Counted from the first letter of the stretch, positions 49,633-63,275 are shown. The stretch: 64,000 nt of DNA from Heterodontus francisci (GCF_036365525.1 NC_090416.1:16588945-16652944), one strand, 5' to 3'. Program-made: numbers and translations. The notes: generated from the letters alone by a model not told the origin.

Positions 49633-52284
49633 CTGTGTGTGAGAGACAGGGTGGAAGAAAGGAATCTCACTGTTAGTATCAATCATTTTTTCTAAAAGGC
49701 ACATCCAGAATTAGTAACACATACTATAATTTAAAACAAACATTTAACTTGACTTCAGACTTAGGTAGAGACAGTAAATAATATAATAGCCTGAGTGTTT
49801 CCAGCACTCGATTTCAGATTTCCAGCATCTGCAGGATTTTGCTTTGATTGGATTAAAATTAAATATTTAGTCCAATCTTAACTCCCTGTCAATTGAGAGC
49901 TGGACTTGTACATGGATTCGAGCCATTCAATATAAATTAATTCACTGAATATTAAATACAACAGACAATATCGAATTGTTTAAAATTCAGGGGCAGATTA
50001 AAATCAAAAGTTTAAAAATTGAGGAAGTTTCACATTTCGGATAGGCTGTACTGGAGGTCTTATGGAGGTGCTCGGAGTATGTATTGGGAGTAACTCAACC
50101 TCCCAGATCCACACTCAGAGTTCGGTGATCACCTCACCAGGAAAAATTCTTTATTTAAAAAAAAAAGTTTTAAAAGTAATAAAGTTCGGGGCGGTTTCCA
50201 TTTAGAAAGTAGGTTAGACACTTCACATGAACGAACGACAGTCGGAAGGAGGGGGCTGGGAAGGGAGACGGGGACTGGGGGGGGAGAGACCGGGTGCGTG
50301 AGGAACAGACAAGATGGGGGGGGGGGGGGGGGTGGACCAGACCAGATTTTTTTCATTGAGCCTCTATTGGTCCCCAATTAAACATTTCCATGTATTTATT
50401 TCCACCGAGTTGAGGGTTAATTCACAATAATTTCTGATTTTAACCCCCCCCCCCCCCCCCTTCTCATGTCAAGAGTGTGAGATTTAAAAGAACAACTGTA
50501 GAAATTGCACATTTTATCCCAGATGGGCAAAAACAAAAGCCCTTCAGAATCCAGTGCCTTGAATTCATCCAGAACAAGTTTAACCCAGCGATCGTTAAGG
50601 ATTTGATTTTTTAAATATTTGGGTCTGCAATGTGTACTTAAACACATATCTTTGTATCCAACACGCTGGTGTTTGCAACAGAGCAGTTCATTGGATGGAT
50701 TGGAATGGAAGAGATTGACTGGACTGCTTCTCTCAGCTGCTCTTTTTTCCGATCCGCCACAGTACAAGTGCACTGCTTGTCCTGGCGTTTGAGCCGAGTG
50801 CAGGGTCAAAACACTCGTTTCTCACTCAGGCCGACGTTCAGAAACAGCCAGAATCAACTCCAATATCCGTTTTAATTGGTAATGCAACGAGGAGTGAGAT
50901 TCTGACCGGGCAAGCTGACTGCTCGGCTAGTTTCTGTGTTGTGTCCGGATCCTGTGTTAAGTCCAGTTTCAATGAAATGTGTTTTCCTGCTGCAACAGTT
51001 CCTGCCCTGACTTTTTTTTTGTTGCAACTAAACCACATGTATCGGAACCTCAGTCCCAGGAATACATTTGTTTTAACATTCCATTTCAGATGTTTTATGT
51101 CAATCACTCGATGCCAAGGGAAAACTTGCAACAAGTAGCTGGTGAGAGGATTTAGTTTCTTTAAAATGAATATTTTCTATCTTTATTTTAAATTCACTTC
51201 ATGGGATATGGGCATCACTTGGCCCTGCCCGCATTTATTGTCCATCCCTCATTGCCGTTGAGAAGGTGGTGGTGGAGCCGCCTTCTTGAACTGCTCCAGT
51301 GCAGTGGTTTTTGTACAACAGAACGTCCATTTCTGAGGGCAGTTAAGAGTCAACCACATCCCGTGGGTCTGGAGTCACATGTAGGCCAGACCAGGTGAGG
51401 ACGGCAGATTTCCTTCCCTAAAAGGACATTTGTGAAACAGATGGGTTTTTGTTAATGAACATTCAATGGTAGTTTTATGGTCACCATTACTGAGACTAGG
51501 TTTCAATTCCAATTTCTTTTTATTAATTAGTTGAATTTAAATTCCATGGTGGGATTTGAACTCGTGTCTCCAGAGCATTATCCTGGGCCTCTGGATTAGT
51601 AATATCCAGTGACATTACTACTACGCCACCTTGTGATGGATCAATATTAATTCTAGAAATGTGATAGGATTTGAGCCAGTGAAAGGGGGAGGGTAGGAAG
51701 AAGAACAGCAGGGAAAGTCTGTGACAGGGGTGGAGGGCAGGAGAGATTAGATGACCAAAAGGGTTTCAAGGTGCAAAGCCAAAGGGAGTGGTAATGAGAG
51801 ATGTGTCTGGAGGAGGTGTGAATGGCAGCTACTGAACACAAGGTAAAGGAAATAAGAGGTAAACAAGAGAGATAAAATAACAAATCAGCAAAGAAATGGG
51901 CAACAAAAATTAGGGCAGGGGGGTTACAAGCTATAATTGTTGAAATCAGTGTTGAGTCCAGAAGGCTGTAGAGTGCCCAGTCGAAAGATGAGGTGCTGTT
52001 CCTGGAGTTAGTCTCCTAATACTGACATGTTCAGTCAAGTCAGTGTCGACTAGCTGCCCCCTAGACAGAGAATTTGACCCTTCCCCATTAAAAATCCGTT
52101 TCTGATTGGTCTCCACAGCAGAAACAAACCCACAACCCTCCCCTCCCACCAGGCAGATTCTCTGGGTTCCTTTTCAACTAAACCTAACCTGCATTACTAT
52201 AGAGACCACAGGGTGTCCTAAACACAGACAAATAAACACCTGTTTTGAAGTCTGGTCATTGTAACATCGTAACCCAATACACAA

Positions 52285-52432
52285 TGGAAATAAATATTTG
52301 GAAATGATTAATCAGGGACAAATATATTTTTAATAAAGTGTTTTCCCCTGCTCCCCTTGACCCCCTCCCTGTATTTGCATATTGACTAATATATAGATAC
52401 TAGTCTTCTCCGGGTTCCCGGAGTTACAGTAA
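52285..52432 (+). promoter_or_regulatory. Inverted V-promoter paralogue, long form (octamer 52373-52380)
   Basis: As 37624-37771. Confidence 0.85.
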
Positions 52433-52910
52433 TCTTGTTGAAGTGAAAGCACAATTGCTAAATGTGTGAGAAGCTGAACTCAGCTTTGCCCATGTAGTTG
52501 AATGGAGAGTGCACATATGTAGTTAAATGGAGTCATCCACGTATGTAGTTAAATGGAGTCATCCACGTATGTAGTTAAATGGAGAGTGCCAGTGTGCAGT
52601 AAAATGGGATTGTGCACATGTCTAATGGAAAGCAGTTCAGCACCTCTAGGTTCATAGAATCTCTCACTTTGCACAGCAGATGTCACATGGCTGCAGCTTT
52701 GCCCAGGGAGCCTACCCGGTTCACACAGGATAGGCCAGGTGTTAAAGCAAGAACATTTGGTGTTGCCTATTGAAGCTTGCACAGCGGTTAAAGGAAAATA
52801 CAATTAAAGTTCACAAGATGGGAATCTTGTAATTTGTTAGCCATGGCCTCGTGGGTTCAAGTCCCAATCCAGAGACTTGAGCACAAAAAACAGTCAAACA
52901 TTCTCCGTGT

Positions 52911-53732
52911 AGTACTGAGGGAGTGCTGCACTGTCGTAGGGTCAGTACTGAGGGAGTGCTGCACTGTCGGAGGGTCAGTACTGAGGGAGTGCTGCACTGA
53001 CGGTGGGTCAGTACTGAGGGAGTGCTGCACTGACGGTGGGTCAGTACTGAGGGAGTGCTGCATTGTCAGAGGGTCAGTACTGAGGGAGTGCTGCACTGTC
53101 GGAGGGTCAGTACTGAGGGAGTGCTGCACTGTCGGAGGGTCAGTATTGAGGTAGTGCTGCACTGTCGGAGGGTCAGTACTGAGGGACTGCGGCACTGTCG
53201 GAGGGTCAGTACTGAGGGAGTGCTGCACTGTCGGAAGGTCAGTACTGAGGGAGTGCTGCACTGTCGGAGGGTCAGTATTGAGGGAGTGCTGCACTGTCGG
53301 TGGGTCAGTACTGAGGGAGTGCTGCACTGTCGGAAGGTCAGTACTGAGGGAGCGCTGCACTGTCGGCGGGTCAGTACTGAGGGAGTGCTGCACTGTCGGA
53401 GGTTCAGTACTGAGGGAGTGCTGCACTGTCGGAGGGTCAGTACTGAGGGAGCGCTGCACTGTCGGTGGGTCAGTACTGAGGGAGTGCTGCACTGTCGGAG
53501 GGTCAGTACTGAGGGAGTGCTGCACGGTTGGAGGTTCAGTACTGAGGGAGTGCTGCAGTGTCAGAGGGTCAGTACTGAGGGAGTGCTGCATTGTCAGAGG
53601 GTCAGTACTGAGGGAGTGCTGCAATGTTGGAGGTTCAGTACTGAGGGAGTGCTGCAGTGTCAGAGGGTCAGTACTGAGGGAGTGCTGCACTGTCAGAGGG
53701 TCAGTACTGAGGGAGTGCTGCACTGTCTGAGG
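52911..53732 (+). repeat. 33-bp tandem repeat, ~25 copies
   Basis: Head-to-tail copies. Confidence 0.92.
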
Positions 53733-54426
53733 TGCCATATTCACAAGTCCCCCTCAGGTGGACATTATCGATCCCATGACTCTATTTGAAGGAGAGCAGG
53801 TGCCCTGGACAATATATATTCCAACATTAACACCTAAAGCTGTAACTGGTCATTATCACATTGCTATTTCTGGGAGCTTGCTGTGTAAATGACTGTCAGA
53901 TTTCCTGCATTTCAACAGTGACTACACTTCAAAACACACTTCAAAAGTACGTCATTAGATGTAAACCACTTTGGGGCAGCCTAGTGATCAGACCTCTCTG
54001 TCTCTCCATCTGTCTATCTNNNNNNNNNNNNNNNNNNNNNNNNNNNNNNNNNNNNNNNNNNNNNNNNNNNNNNNNNNNNNNNNNNNNNNNNNNNNNNNNN
54101 NNNNNNNNNNNNNNNNNNNNNNNNNNNNNNNNNNNNNNNNNNNNNNNNNNNNNNNNNNNNNNNNNNNNNNNNNNNNNNNNNNNNNNNNNNNNNNNNNNNN
54201 NNNNNNNNNNNNNNNNNNNNNNNNNNNNNNNNNNNNNNNNNNNNNNNNNNNNNNNNNNNNNNNNNNNNNNNNNNNNNNNNNNNNNNNNNNNNNNNNNNNN
54301 NNNNNNNNNNNNNNNNNNNNNNNNNNNNNNNNNNNNNNNNNNNNNNNNNNNNNNNNNNNNNNNNNNNNNNNNNNNNNNNNNNNNNNNNNNNNNNNNNNNN
54401 NNNNTCTATCGATCTGTCCATATCTG

Positions 54427-54464
<38 letters not shown>

Positions 54465-54519
54465 GATCTTTCTATCCATCTCGGAGGGCGGAGTTCCAGA
54501 CCGGGAAGTATAAAAAACT

Positions 54520-55140
54520 GACTTCGGGGATTGTCGCACTCGGCTGGGAGGGCGGAGTTAACCTCAGGGACTCTCGGAGCAGATCGAAATGCGGAGTTAA
54601 CCTCGGGTATTCTCGGACAGACTCGGAAGGCGGAGATAACCTCGGTGATTCTCGGACAGACTCGAAATGCGGAGTGAACCTCGGGTATTCTCGGACAGAC
54701 TCGGAGGGCGGAGATAACATCGGTAATTCTCGGACAGACTCGGAAGGCGGAGTTAATCTCGGGGATTCTCGGACAGACTCGAAATGCGGAGTGAACCTCG
54801 GGTATTCTCGGACAGACTCGGAGGGCGGAGATAACCTCGGTGATTCTCGGACAGACTCGGCGGGCGGAGTTAACCTCGGTGATTCTCGGACAGACTCGGA
54901 GGGCGGAGTTAATCTCGGGGATTCTCGGACAGACTCGAAATGCGGAGTGAACCTCGGGTATTCTCGGACAGACTCGGAGGGCGGAGATAACCTCGGTGAT
55001 TCTCGGACAGACTCGGAGGGCGGAGATAACCTCGGTGATTCTCGGACAGACTCGGAGGGCGGAGTTAATCTTGATGGGCCGAATGGCCTGTTTCTGTGCT
55101 GTATCTCTAAATAAAAATAAAAATAAAAAAATAAAATGAT
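54520..55140 (+). repeat. 39-bp VNTR (~14 copies, two monomer variants) plus CR1-type tail
   Basis: CTCGGAGGGCGG and CTCGAAATGCGG variants interspersed. Confidence 0.85.
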
Positions 55141-55159
55141 ATTTATAGTCGAAATCCAG

Positions 55160-58100
55160 CACTAGGGACCATATATTTAATTATAACAATTTAGTAAGGA
55201 TTTAATAAGTATTTATTTTATATTAATTAACTAATTAGTGATAGAAATGTCAGTTAAAGGGGTGAAGTGCTTCACCTGTGAGATGTGGGAAGTCCGTGAC
55301 ACTTCCAGCATTCCGGGCGACTCCGCCTGCAGGAAGTTTACCCAGTTGCAGCTCCTCACAGACCGCATGGATCGGTTGGAGCGGCAACTGGATGCACTTC
55401 GGAGCATGCAGGTGGCAGAAAGCATCACAGACAGGAGTTTTAGAGAAGTGGTTACACCCAAGGTGCAGGCAGATAGATGGGTGACCGCTAGAAGGGGCAG
55501 GCAGTCAGTGTGGCTAACCCCCTCGCCACAACATTTTGGATACTGTTGGGGGGGATGGCCCAGCAGGGGAAAACAACAGCAGCAGCCAGAGCAGTGGCAC
55601 CACGGCTATCACTGTTGTTCAGCAGGGAGGGACAAATCGCAAAGACAATAGTTATAGGGGACTCCATAGTCAGGGGCACAGATAGGCGCATCTGTGGACG
55701 TGAAAGAGACTCCAGGATGGTATGTTGCCTCCCTGGTGCCAGGGACAAGGATGTCTCTGAATGGACAGGGGGCATTCTGAAGGGCGAGGATGCACAGTCA
55801 GAGGTTGTGGTACACATCGGTACCAATGACATAGGCAGGAAGAGTGATGAGGTCCTGCAGGGGGAGTTTAGGGAGTCAGGTAGTAAGTTAAAAAAACAGG
55901 ATTCTCGGGTTGCAGTCTCTGGATTAGTCACTGTGCCACGTGCCAAAGAGGCTAGAAATAGGAAGATAGTGCAGCTAAACACGTGGCTGAGCAGCTGGTG
56001 CAGAAGGGAGAGTTTCAGATATCTGGACCATTGGGCTCTCTTCAGGGACAGATGGGACCTGTACAAGAAGGACGGGTTGCATCTAAACTGGAGGGGCATT
56101 AATATCCTGGCTGCAAAGTTTGCTAGCGTCACTCGGGAGGGTTTAAACTAGTGTGGCAGGGGGGTGGGAACCAGAGTAGTGGGACAGCTAGAAAAATAAA
56201 TTAGCAGGACATAGTAAATAAGGCCTGTAAGACTAAGAGGAAGAGCAGGCAGGAAGATGTTGCTGAGCACAGCGGGACTGGTGGTCTGAAGTGCATTTGT
56301 TTCAATGCGAGAAGTATAGCAGGTAAGGTCGATGAACTTAGAGCTTGGATTAGTACTTGGAAATATGATGTTGTTGCTATTACAGAGACTTGGTTGAGGG
56401 AAGAGCAGGATTGGCAGCTAAATGTTCCAGGCTTTAGAAGCTTCAGGCGGGATAGAGGGGGATGTAAAAGGGATGGGGGAGTTGCATTACTGGTTAAGGA
56501 GAATATCACAGCTGTACTGCGGGAGGACACCTCAGAGAGGTCATGCAGCGAGGCAATATGGGTGGAGCACAGGAATAGGAAGGGTGCAGTCACGATGTTG
56601 GGGGTTTACTGCAGGCCTCCCAACAGCCAGCGGGAGGTAGAGGACAAGATATGTAGACAGATTTTGGAAAGATGTAAAGGTAACAGGGTTGTGGTGGTGG
56701 GTGATTTTAACTTCCCCTATATTGACCGGGACTCACTTAGTGCTAGGGGCTTGGATGGGGCATAATTTGTGAGGAGCATCCAGGAAGGCTTCTTGAAACA
56801 GTATGTAGATAGTCCAACTAGGGATAGGGCCATTCTGGACCTGGTATTGGGGAATGAGCCAGGCCAGGTGGTCGAAGTTTCAGTGGGGGAACATTTCGGG
56901 AGCAGTGACCATAATTCTATAAGTTTTAAGGTACTTGTGGATAAGGATAAGAGTAGTCCTCGGGTGAAGGTGCTAAACTGGGGGAAGGCTAATTATAACA
57001 ATATTAGGCAGGCATTGAAGAATTTACATTGGGGGCGGCTGTTTGAGGGTAAATCAACATCTGACATGTGGGAGTCTTTCAAACGTCAGCTGATTAGAAT
57101 CCAGGACCAGCATGTTCCTGTGAGCAAGAAAGACAAGTTTTGCACGTTTCGGGAAATTTCGATAACACTGGATATTGTGAGCCTAGTCAAAATGAAAAAG
57201 GAAGCATTTGTGAGGGCTGGAAGGCTAGGAACAGACGAAGCACTTGAGGAATATAAAGACAGTAGGAAGGAACTTAAGCAAGGACTTAGGAGGGCTAAAA
57301 GGGGTCATTGGCAAACAGGATGAAGGAGAATCCCAAGGCTTTTCATACATATATAAAGAGCGAGAGGGTAACCAGGGAAAGGGTTGGCCCACTCAAGGAT
57401 AGAGATGGGAATCTATGTGTGGAGCCAGAGGAAATGGGCGAGGTGCTAAATGAGTACTTTGCATCAGTATTCACCAAAGAGAAGGACTTGGTGGATGATG
57501 AGCCTAGGGAAGGGAGTGCAGATAGTCTCAGTCATGTCATTATTAAAAAGGAGGAGGTGTTGGGTGTCTTGCAAAGCATTAAGGTAGATAAGTCCCCAGG
57601 GCCTGATGGGAACTACCCTAGGCAACTGAGGGAGGCAAGGGAAGAAATTGCTGGGGCCTTGACAGAAATCTTTGCATCATCATTGGCTACAGGTGAGGTC
57701 CCAGAGGACTGGAGAATAGCCAATGTTGTTCCTTTGTTTAAGAAGGGTGGCAAGGATAATCCAGGAAATTATCGGCCGGTGAGCCTTACGTCAGTGGTAG
57801 GGAAACTATTAAAGAGGATTCTTCGGGACAGAATTTAATCCCATTTGGAAACAAACGAACTTATTAGCGAGAGACAGCATGGTTTTGTGAAGGGGAGGTT
57901 GTGTCTCACTGATTTGATTGAGTTTTTTGAGGAAGTGACGAAGATGATTGATGAAGGAAGGGCAGTGGATGTTATCTATATGGACTTTATTAAAGCCTTT
58001 GACAAGGTCCCGCATGGCAGATTGGTACAAAAGGTAATGTCACATGGGATCAGAGGGGAGCTGGCAAGATGGATACAGAACTGGCTCTGTCAGAGAAGAC

Positions 58101-59165
58101 AGAGGGTATCAGTGGATGGGTGTTTTTCTGAATGGAGGGATGTGACTAGTGGTGTTCCGCAGGGATGAGTGCTGGGACCTTTGCTGTTTGTAGTATTATA
58201 AATGATTTGGAGGAAAATGTAGCTGGTCTGATTAGTAAGTTGGCGGACGACACAAAGGTTGGTGGAGTTGCGGATAATGATGAGGATTGTCAGAGGATAC
58301 AGCTGGATATAGATCGGTTGGAGACTTGGGCGGAGAAATGGCAGATGGAGTTTAATCTGGACAAATGTGAGGTAATGCATTTTGAAAGGACTAATGCAGG
58401 TGGGAGGTATACAGTAAATGGCAGAACCCTGAGGAGTATTGACAGACAGGGAAATCTGGGTGTATAGGTCCACAGGTCACTGAAAGTGGCAACGCAGGTG
58501 GATAAGGTAGTCAAGAAGGCATACGGCATGCTTGCCATCATTGGTCGGGGCATAGAGTATAAAAATGGCAAGTCATGTTGCAGCTGTACAGAACCTTAGT
58601 TAGGCCACACTTAGAATATTGCGTGCAATCCTGGTCGCCACACTACCAGAAGGACGTGGAGGCTTTGGAGAGGGTACAAAGGAGGTTTACGGATGCTGCC
58701 TGGTCTGGAGGGCATTAACTATGAGGAGAGGTTGGAAAAAGTCGGATTGTTTTCACTGGGACGACGGAGGTGGAGGGGCGACATGATAGAGGTTTACAGA
58801 GTTATGAGCGGCATGGACAGAGTGGATAGTCAGAAGCTTTTTCCCAGGGTGGAAGAGTCAGTTACTAGGGGACATAGGTTTAAGGTGCGAGGGGCAAAGT
58901 TTAGAGGGGATGTGCGAGGCAAGTTTTTGACACAGAGGGTGGTGAGTGCCTGGAACTTGCTGCCAGGGGAGGTGGTGGAAGCAGATACGATAGCGACGTT
59001 TAAGAGACATCTTGACAAATACATGAATAGGAAGGGAATAGAGGGATATGGGCCCCGGATGTGCAGAAGGTGTTAGTTTAGGCAGGCATCAAGATCGGTG
59101 CAGGCTTGGAGGGCCGAATGGCCTGTTCCTGTGTGGTACTGTTCTTTGTTCTTGTTCTTTGTTCT
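55160..59165 (+). mobile_element. CR1 LINE, disabled (copy 4)
   Basis: Same motifs, more stops and deletions. Confidence 0.92.
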
Positions 59166-59434
59166 CTCTGTCTATCTGTCCATCTCTCTGTCTATCTATC
59201 TGTCTATCTATCTGTCCATCTATCTATCTATCGATTTATCTATCTGTCCATATCTATCCATCTATGTATCTATCTATCTGTCTATCTATCCACCTGTCCA
59301 TCTCTCTCGCTCTATCTATTTGTCTGTCTGTTCATCTCTATTTATCTGTCTGTCCATCTCTGTCTGTCTGTCTATCCCTCAGTACTGACCCTTTGACAGT
59401 GTGGCACTCCCTCAGTACTGACCCTTTGGGAACT

Positions 59435-60652
59435 GAATATTCCAGGGTATTTGACAGTTTGGAATGACAGGAAGCAAGGAAAAGGAGGTGGTGAAGCTCA
59501 GTTAATAAAGGATGAGATCAGTACAGTCGTGAGAAATGATCTTGGCTCAGAAAATCAAGATGTGGAATCAGTTTGGGTGGAGATATGAAATAGCAAAAAT
59601 TCATACAGTCGCTGCACTGCAAGACAGAGTATAAATCAAGAAATAATGGGGGCTTGTAAGGAAAATACTGCAATAATCCTGGGTGATTTTAATCTTCATA
59701 TAAATTGGAGTAATCAAACTGGTAAAGTTAGATAGAGGATGAGTTCATGGAGTGTACTCAGGACAGTTTCTTAGAACAATACATTCTGGAACCAATCCGG
59801 GAGCAGGATATTTTAGACCTGGTAATGTGTAAGGAGACGGAATTAATTAATGACCTCTTAGTAAAGGAAGAATAGAAAAGCAGAATATTATTTACATGGA
59901 GAGAGACTGCAGAATGCTGCAGTACAGAGGGATCTGGGTGTCCTTGTACATGAATCACAAAATGTTAACATGCAGGTTCAGCAAGTAATTAGGAAGGCAA
60001 ATGGAATGTTGGTATTTATTGCAATGGGGATGGAGTATAAAAGTAGGGACATCTTGCTACAACTGTCCCGGGCATTGATGAGACGCACCTAGAATACTGC
60101 ATACAGTTTTGGTCTCCTTATTTAAGGAGGGATATACTTGCATTGGAAGCAGTTCAGAGAAGGTTCACTTGGATGATTGCTGAGATGAAGGGATTGTCTA
60201 ATGAGGAAAGGTTGAGAAGGTTGGGCCTGTACTCATTGGAGTTTAGAAGAATGAGAGGTGATCTTATTGAAACATACAAGATCCTGAGGGGGCTTGACGG
60301 GGTAGATACTGAGAGGATGTTTCCCCTCGTGGGGGAATCTAGAACTAGGGGGAACAGTTACAGAATACGGGGTCTCCCATTTAAGACGGAGATGAGGAGG
60401 AATTTCTTCACTGAGGGTCATTAATCTTTGGAATTCTCTTCCCCAGGGAGCAGTGGAGGCTGGGTCATTGAATATATTCAAGGCTGAGTTGGAGAGTTTT
60501 TTGATCTACAAGGGAGTTGAGGGTTATGGTGGGGGGCAGACAGGAAAGTGGAGATAAGGTCACAATCAGATCATCCATGATCTTATCGAATGGCAGAACA
60601 GTCTCGAGGGGCCGAATGGCCTTCTCCTGTTCTTATTTCTTATGCTTTTATG
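59435..60652 (+). mobile_element. Degenerate CR1 fragment
   Basis: Paralogue of 11185-12400. Confidence 0.8.
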
Positions 60653-60658
60653 TTGAAG

Positions 60659-60940
60659 ATATCGTACCTGCTGTATTTAATAGCTGTCCAGGTCTTTAAA
60701 GCCCAAAGTGGCCGTAACTGTTCCTATCTGTGCAGAGAGCCCTTGGCAGTAATATAATATAATGAAAATGGCCTGGCTGAAACTCCCCGGGTCTGGATAT
60801 CTCAGTACAGATCGGGGAAGGGGTGGTGGGAGTGCTGGAATCTGGGCCTTCCCAGCAAGTGTCCTGTAAGGGAACTGAATGACCTCAACGAAGGAACGAG
60901 TTCACAGAGGGAGATGAGGCTGATGTGATTGCAGTGTGTG
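60659..60940 (+). pseudogene. Putative inverted V relic (copy 4)
   Basis: Paralogue of 12407-12688. Confidence 0.5.
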
Positions 60941-62772
60941 CGAACAAGAGGAGGCCATTGAGCCCTTCGAGACTGCTGTACCATTCCATTAGATCATAGC
61001 TGGTCTGTACCTTAACCCCATATACCCTGCCTTAGCTCCATAGTCCTTGCTGCCCTTACCCAATAAAAATCTATCAACCACAATCTTTATAACTCCAATT
61101 TTTAATGAAGTGCATTTCTATAGCGTCTTTCACAACCTCAGGATGTTCCCAAAGTGCTTCGCAGCCAATGAAATACCTTGAAAAGCAATGTTGGGAAATG
61201 AAGACTGGGATGTAGAGCAGGAGGAGTTCAGTTCAGTTCTCCTGAGGGGCCCAGTCCAGATAATGGGTTGTTTTGTTATAAATGTATGACGTGTCCAAGA
61301 ATGTAACCGTTTAACGGTGTTTCTGAGATTTCCGTCCTGTTTCTGTGTGTTTCAGAGCAGGGGAACTGGGCCCAGATGCTGCTGCTCTCTGCTGCTTATC
61401 AGACAGTGAACAGGGATGTTTCGGTTCCTCCCCGAGGCTCCTCTCCCACCCCCTGCAGCGAGTGACCACACCACCTGCACCACATCACAAACAAGACAAA
61501 AGCAGCATCGATTTGGGTATCAGGATCTAAAATAAGGCTTTCAGAACACCCCCCAGATCCCCTGTGGTTGATGACGAGGGCCTGATCTGAGCTGCATTCA
61601 GTGCCATTCTCAGACACTCTGAAGCTGTGAAAGGAGGCTCACTGTCACCTTTTCAGGGGGACAAATAGAGATGGACAATAAATGGCTGGTCTTTCCAGAG
61701 ATGCCCACATCTCGAGAATGAAGAAGTGCAGGTTCTGTCTCTCTGGACGCTGTGATGTCCCCTTGTAAAACATACTGAAACTAAATAGTTCTAAAAACAT
61801 CTGCATAAATACAGCATCCTCAGACTCGAGATGGGGATTAAACCTGCATTTAATACCTCTTTAAGTGCGTGGCCCCTTTAAGGTGTGCTGAGGGACTGGG
61901 CTTTTCCTGCACTCTCTGTCCATTTACACTTTGAGGTGATGCAACCGACACTCTCTCCACAGCCGGGGGCTCAGTTAACAGCCCTTCCCTCTTACGGCCC
62001 CTAGTTCTGCTCTCGCCCGCAAGTGGAAACGTCTCGCCATATCGAGTCCTTTCATAACCTTAAAGGCCTCCATCAGGTCCTACCCCCCCCCCCCCCCCCC
62101 CCCCCCCCCAGCCCCTCTCAGTCATCCCTTTTCAACCTATCCTGGTACCCTATCTCAGTACTGGTACCATCCCAGCACATCTTTTCTTGCACCTTCTCCA
62201 GTGTCATTTTATAATATGGAGACAGGAACAGTGCACAGTAATTCCAAGTGTGGTCTAACTGAGGTTCCCTACAAGTTTGACTTAATGTATCTGCTTCTCA
62301 ATTCTATCCCTCGAGAAATTAACCCCGGTGTTTGGATTGCTTTTTATATGGCCTTATTCAGCAGCATTGCTGCAGTTACTCTATAACCCTCGATCCACAA
62401 CCCTATTTAGACTCTTTCTTCCCCACCTCCCCCTCCCTCCAGGACTAGGTGACCTCATTCATCCTCCCAAAAAGTAGCACCTCACACTTATCCATACTGA
62501 CCTTCATTTGCCAATTACACACCCATTCTGCATGTCACTTCATGTCCTGTCATTTGTGATGGACCTAATATTAACTGCAGCCTCCCCCAATTTGGAGTCA
62601 TCAGCAAACTCTCAAATTGTACCTGGTGCTAGTCTGTCCCGTGCCATCCCATCTCTCGGACCGGGATAGTGAGCAATTCTCCCTGGGAGGGACGGTATTT
62701 TATTCCAAACAGAGGCTTTTCCTGTAAATCACATACAATGATGGTCTAGTATGGGAGAAACTACACTTTAGG

Positions 62773-63275
62773 ATGGGAGGGTTGTTGAGAGGGTGCAGAG
62801 GAGGTTTACCGGAATGGTTCCAGGGATGGGGGAATTCTAGTTATAAGGTCAGCCTGGAGAAGCTGGGCTTGTTTTCCTTGGAGCGAAGGAGATTGCAGGG
62901 AGATTTAATAGAGGTGGACAAGATTATGACAGATCTGGATAGAGTAGACAAGGAAAAACAGTTCCCATTAACTGATGGTACAAGGGATAGGGGACACAGA
63001 TTGAAAGTTTTGGGCAAGGGATACAAGGGGGGGGGGGATGTGAGGAAGAATTTATTTATTTTTAAATGCAGTGAGTGACAATGACCTGGAACTCACTGCC
63101 TACCAGAGTGGTGGAAGCAGGAGACAATGATTTCAGTAAGAAACTTGGGTGGGGGGGGGGGGGGGGGGACACTTAAATTCGCAGGGTGCCCCGGGGGGAT
63201 TGGGACATACTGGATTGCACCACGGGGAGCTGTCATGGATCCGAGGGGCCGAATAACCTCCTTCTGCGCCAGAAA
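62773..63275 (+). mobile_element. CR1 3' fragment
   Basis: Paralogue of 15127-15640. Confidence 0.75.

Noticed and set aside
50316-50332. RAG-mediated germline event in cluster 4
   Set aside because: Junction lies in G runs; no heptamer, signal joint or coding joint is present
52911-55070. 33-bp and 39-bp arrays as CRISPR-like arrays
   Set aside because: Contiguous monomers with no unique spacers, no cas genes, vertebrate context
52857-55162. Long ORFs over VNTRs, microsatellites and N runs
   Set aside because: Open only because the repeat periods are multiples of 3 or the bases are N; no domain content
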